Positions 39,164 to 40,016 of a stretch of DNA of 40,016 nucleotides are shown here, one piece after another; positions within the stretch are counted from its first letter, which is position 1; each line of letters opens with the position of its first letter. The notes beneath the pieces are model-generated. The model did no database searches. It saw only the letters and a program-made list of their open reading frames with translations, and was not told where the DNA came from. Made by a program: the position numbers and the translations under genes. Location: NCBI GenBank assembly GCA_964633605.1, contig CAZWGF010000002.1:1-40016 (forward strand). The letters run 5' to 3'. This stretch comes from Candidatus Woesearchaeota archaeon. Its GTDB lineage: Archaea > Nanobdellota > Nanobdellia > Pacearchaeales > GW2011-AR1.

Positions 39164-39625
39164 ATGATGCTTGAAGTGCCGAAAACCAAAGTGGGTACGG
39201 CCGAGTCGGCAGCCGATGTATTCCTATCGCTGTTGAGGGCCGCCGACGAAGTTGAGCAGGACAAGGAACATGTTTGGGCCATGGGCCTGGACAATGCGCA
39301 CCGTATCAAGTACGTCGAGCTGGGTGATCAGGATGAGATTGTCGCTCTATTTGAGCTGGCGCGTGCTTTGCCTCATATGATCCATTTCGGATATACCGCT
39401 CGGCAGGATCTGCGCTACGCCGGGCGCCCCGCTAATTTGCGGATTAACGGATCCGGGTGGGCGCGCGGCAAGATGAACGAATACTGCGTTGTGCAGAAAC
39501 CGACGGGCACCAATCCGGTTTGCCCTGGAAATTGCCGCACATGTGATCTGTGCAAGATCGAGCGCGGCATTGTAATCGAATCTGTTTTGCGTCGGCCAGG
39601 CCGGCAGAAAGTGAGGTCGTCTTGA
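39164..39625 (+). CDS. hypothetical protein: RadC-N-terminal-like start, Cys-cluster C-terminus
   Basis: 153 aa. GTAESAADVFLSLL...EHVWAMGLDNAHRIKYVEL resembles the beginning of RadC/JAB proteins, but no HxHPSG motif follows. C-terminal CPGNCRTCDLC. Confidence 0.7.
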   Translation: MMLEVPKTKVGTAESAADVFLSLLRAADEVEQDKEHVWAMGLDNAHRIKYVELGDQDEIVALFELARALPHMIHFGYTARQDLRYAGRPANLRINGSGWARGKMNEYCVVQKPTGTNPVCPGNCRTCDLCKIERGIVIESVLRRPGRQKVRSS

Positions 39626-40016
39626 ACATCAACGGCGAAGAAATTACATTGGATCAGGTGGATAAGATGAAGGTTAATAAAAGACAATGGCGGATTACGC
39701 CATTGGGAAACTGGGTCACGCTCGGAAACGGGGTCAAGCTCGGAAACGGGGTCACGCTCGGAAACGAGGTCACGCTCGGAGACAGGGTCACGCTCGGAAA
39801 CGAGGTCAAGCTCGGAAACGGGGTCAAGCTCGGAAACGGGGTCACGCTCGGAGACTGGGTCAAGCTCGGAGACGGGGTCACGCTCGGAGACGGGGTCACG
39901 CTCGGAGACGGGGTCAAGCTCGGAGACAGGGTCACGCTCGGAAACGAGGTCAAGCTCGGAGACGGGGTCACGCTCGGAGACTGGGTCAAGCTCGGAGACG
40001 GGGTCACGCTCGGAGA
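39622..40016 (+). CDS. hexapeptide-repeat (left-handed beta-helix-like) protein, N-terminal fragment running off the right edge
   Basis: TTG 39622 overlaps the upstream TGA (GAGG 5 nt upstream). Alternative ATG 39667 has AGGTGG upstream. Open to the window end. 17 consecutive (N/D)-x-V-(T/K)-L-G units. Confidence 0.7.
   Translation, partial: MNINGEEITLDQVDKMKVNKRQWRITPLGNWVTLGNGVKLGNGVTLGNEVTLGDRVTLGNEVKLGNGVKLGNGVTLGDWVKLGDGVTLGDGVTLGDGVKLGDRVTLGNEVKLGDGVTLGDWVKLGDGVTLG
39709..40016 (+). repeat. about 17 tandem 18-nt units GG(G/A/T)...GTCA(C/A)GCTCGGA(A/G)AC
   Basis: Read directly. The units differ at only about 4 nucleotide positions. Confidence 0.95.

Noticed and set aside
39654-40007. 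Minus-strand ORF MTPSPSLTQSPSVTPSPS...
   Set aside because: It is a mirror frame of the 18-nt tandem array. The + frame is contiguous with the rightward gene set, has an SD, and gives a recognisable hexapeptide periodicity.
39709-40016. Tandem repeats at both window ends (also 27-134) considered as CRISPR arrays
   Set aside because: The units are 18 nt and 6 nt, directly abutting with no spacers, and both are in open reading frames.

Overview
The window covers most of a tailed dsDNA phage or prophage genome. It looks podovirus-like: I see no tape-measure or sheath gene. All calls come from reading the ORF track and the DNA by eye; no searches were run, and family names are motif-level recollections. 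Hand-derived coordinates were checked against ORF-track anchors but may be off by a few nt.

Layout: a divergent control region lies at about 38.30-38.47 kb.
- One long leftward (minus-strand) gene train runs from it:
  - Replication, recombination and accessory genes (38.3 to 29.7 kb): a Cys-rich protein, a replisome-organizer-like protein, a Zn-finger/Toprim/DnaB-type primase-helicase, a degenerate DNA methyltransferase, an ASCH-like protein, an acidic protein, a RuvC-like resolvase, an HNH nuclease, a DUF2829/Tad2-like fusion, and an outer-membrane beta-barrel-like moron.
  - Packaging and head genes (29.4 to 21.3 kb): TerS, TerL, portal, scaffold-like protein, major capsid protein.
  - A cluster of Sec-signal-bearing proteins (21.0 to 18.6 kb).
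  - Adaptor, tail and fibre genes with an embedded ECF-like sigma factor (18.6 to 10.3 kb).
  - Internal/ejection proteins, including a 1923-aa multidomain giant (10.0 to 2.1 kb).
  - A terminator, then small membrane proteins (1.7 to 0.1 kb).
- A short rightward (+) set of small genes occupies 38.47-40.02 kb.
- Both window edges cut through ORFs built from near-perfect tandem repeats.

I found no rRNA, tRNA, CRISPR array, integrase, DNA polymerase or recognisable endolysin.

Most notable observations:
- A near-consensus rightward promoter plus a Zn-ribbon ORF lies antisense at the helicase/methyltransferase junction.
- A 30-nt perfect inverted repeat links 19.66 kb and 36.55 kb. The second copy sits at a sharp compositional breakpoint inside the primase gene.
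- A DnaN (beta-clamp)-like region and an HExxH domain sit inside the giant virion protein.
- Beta-helix glycanase-like proteins in the tail module carry signal peptides.
- There is a Tad2-like candidate anti-defence gene.
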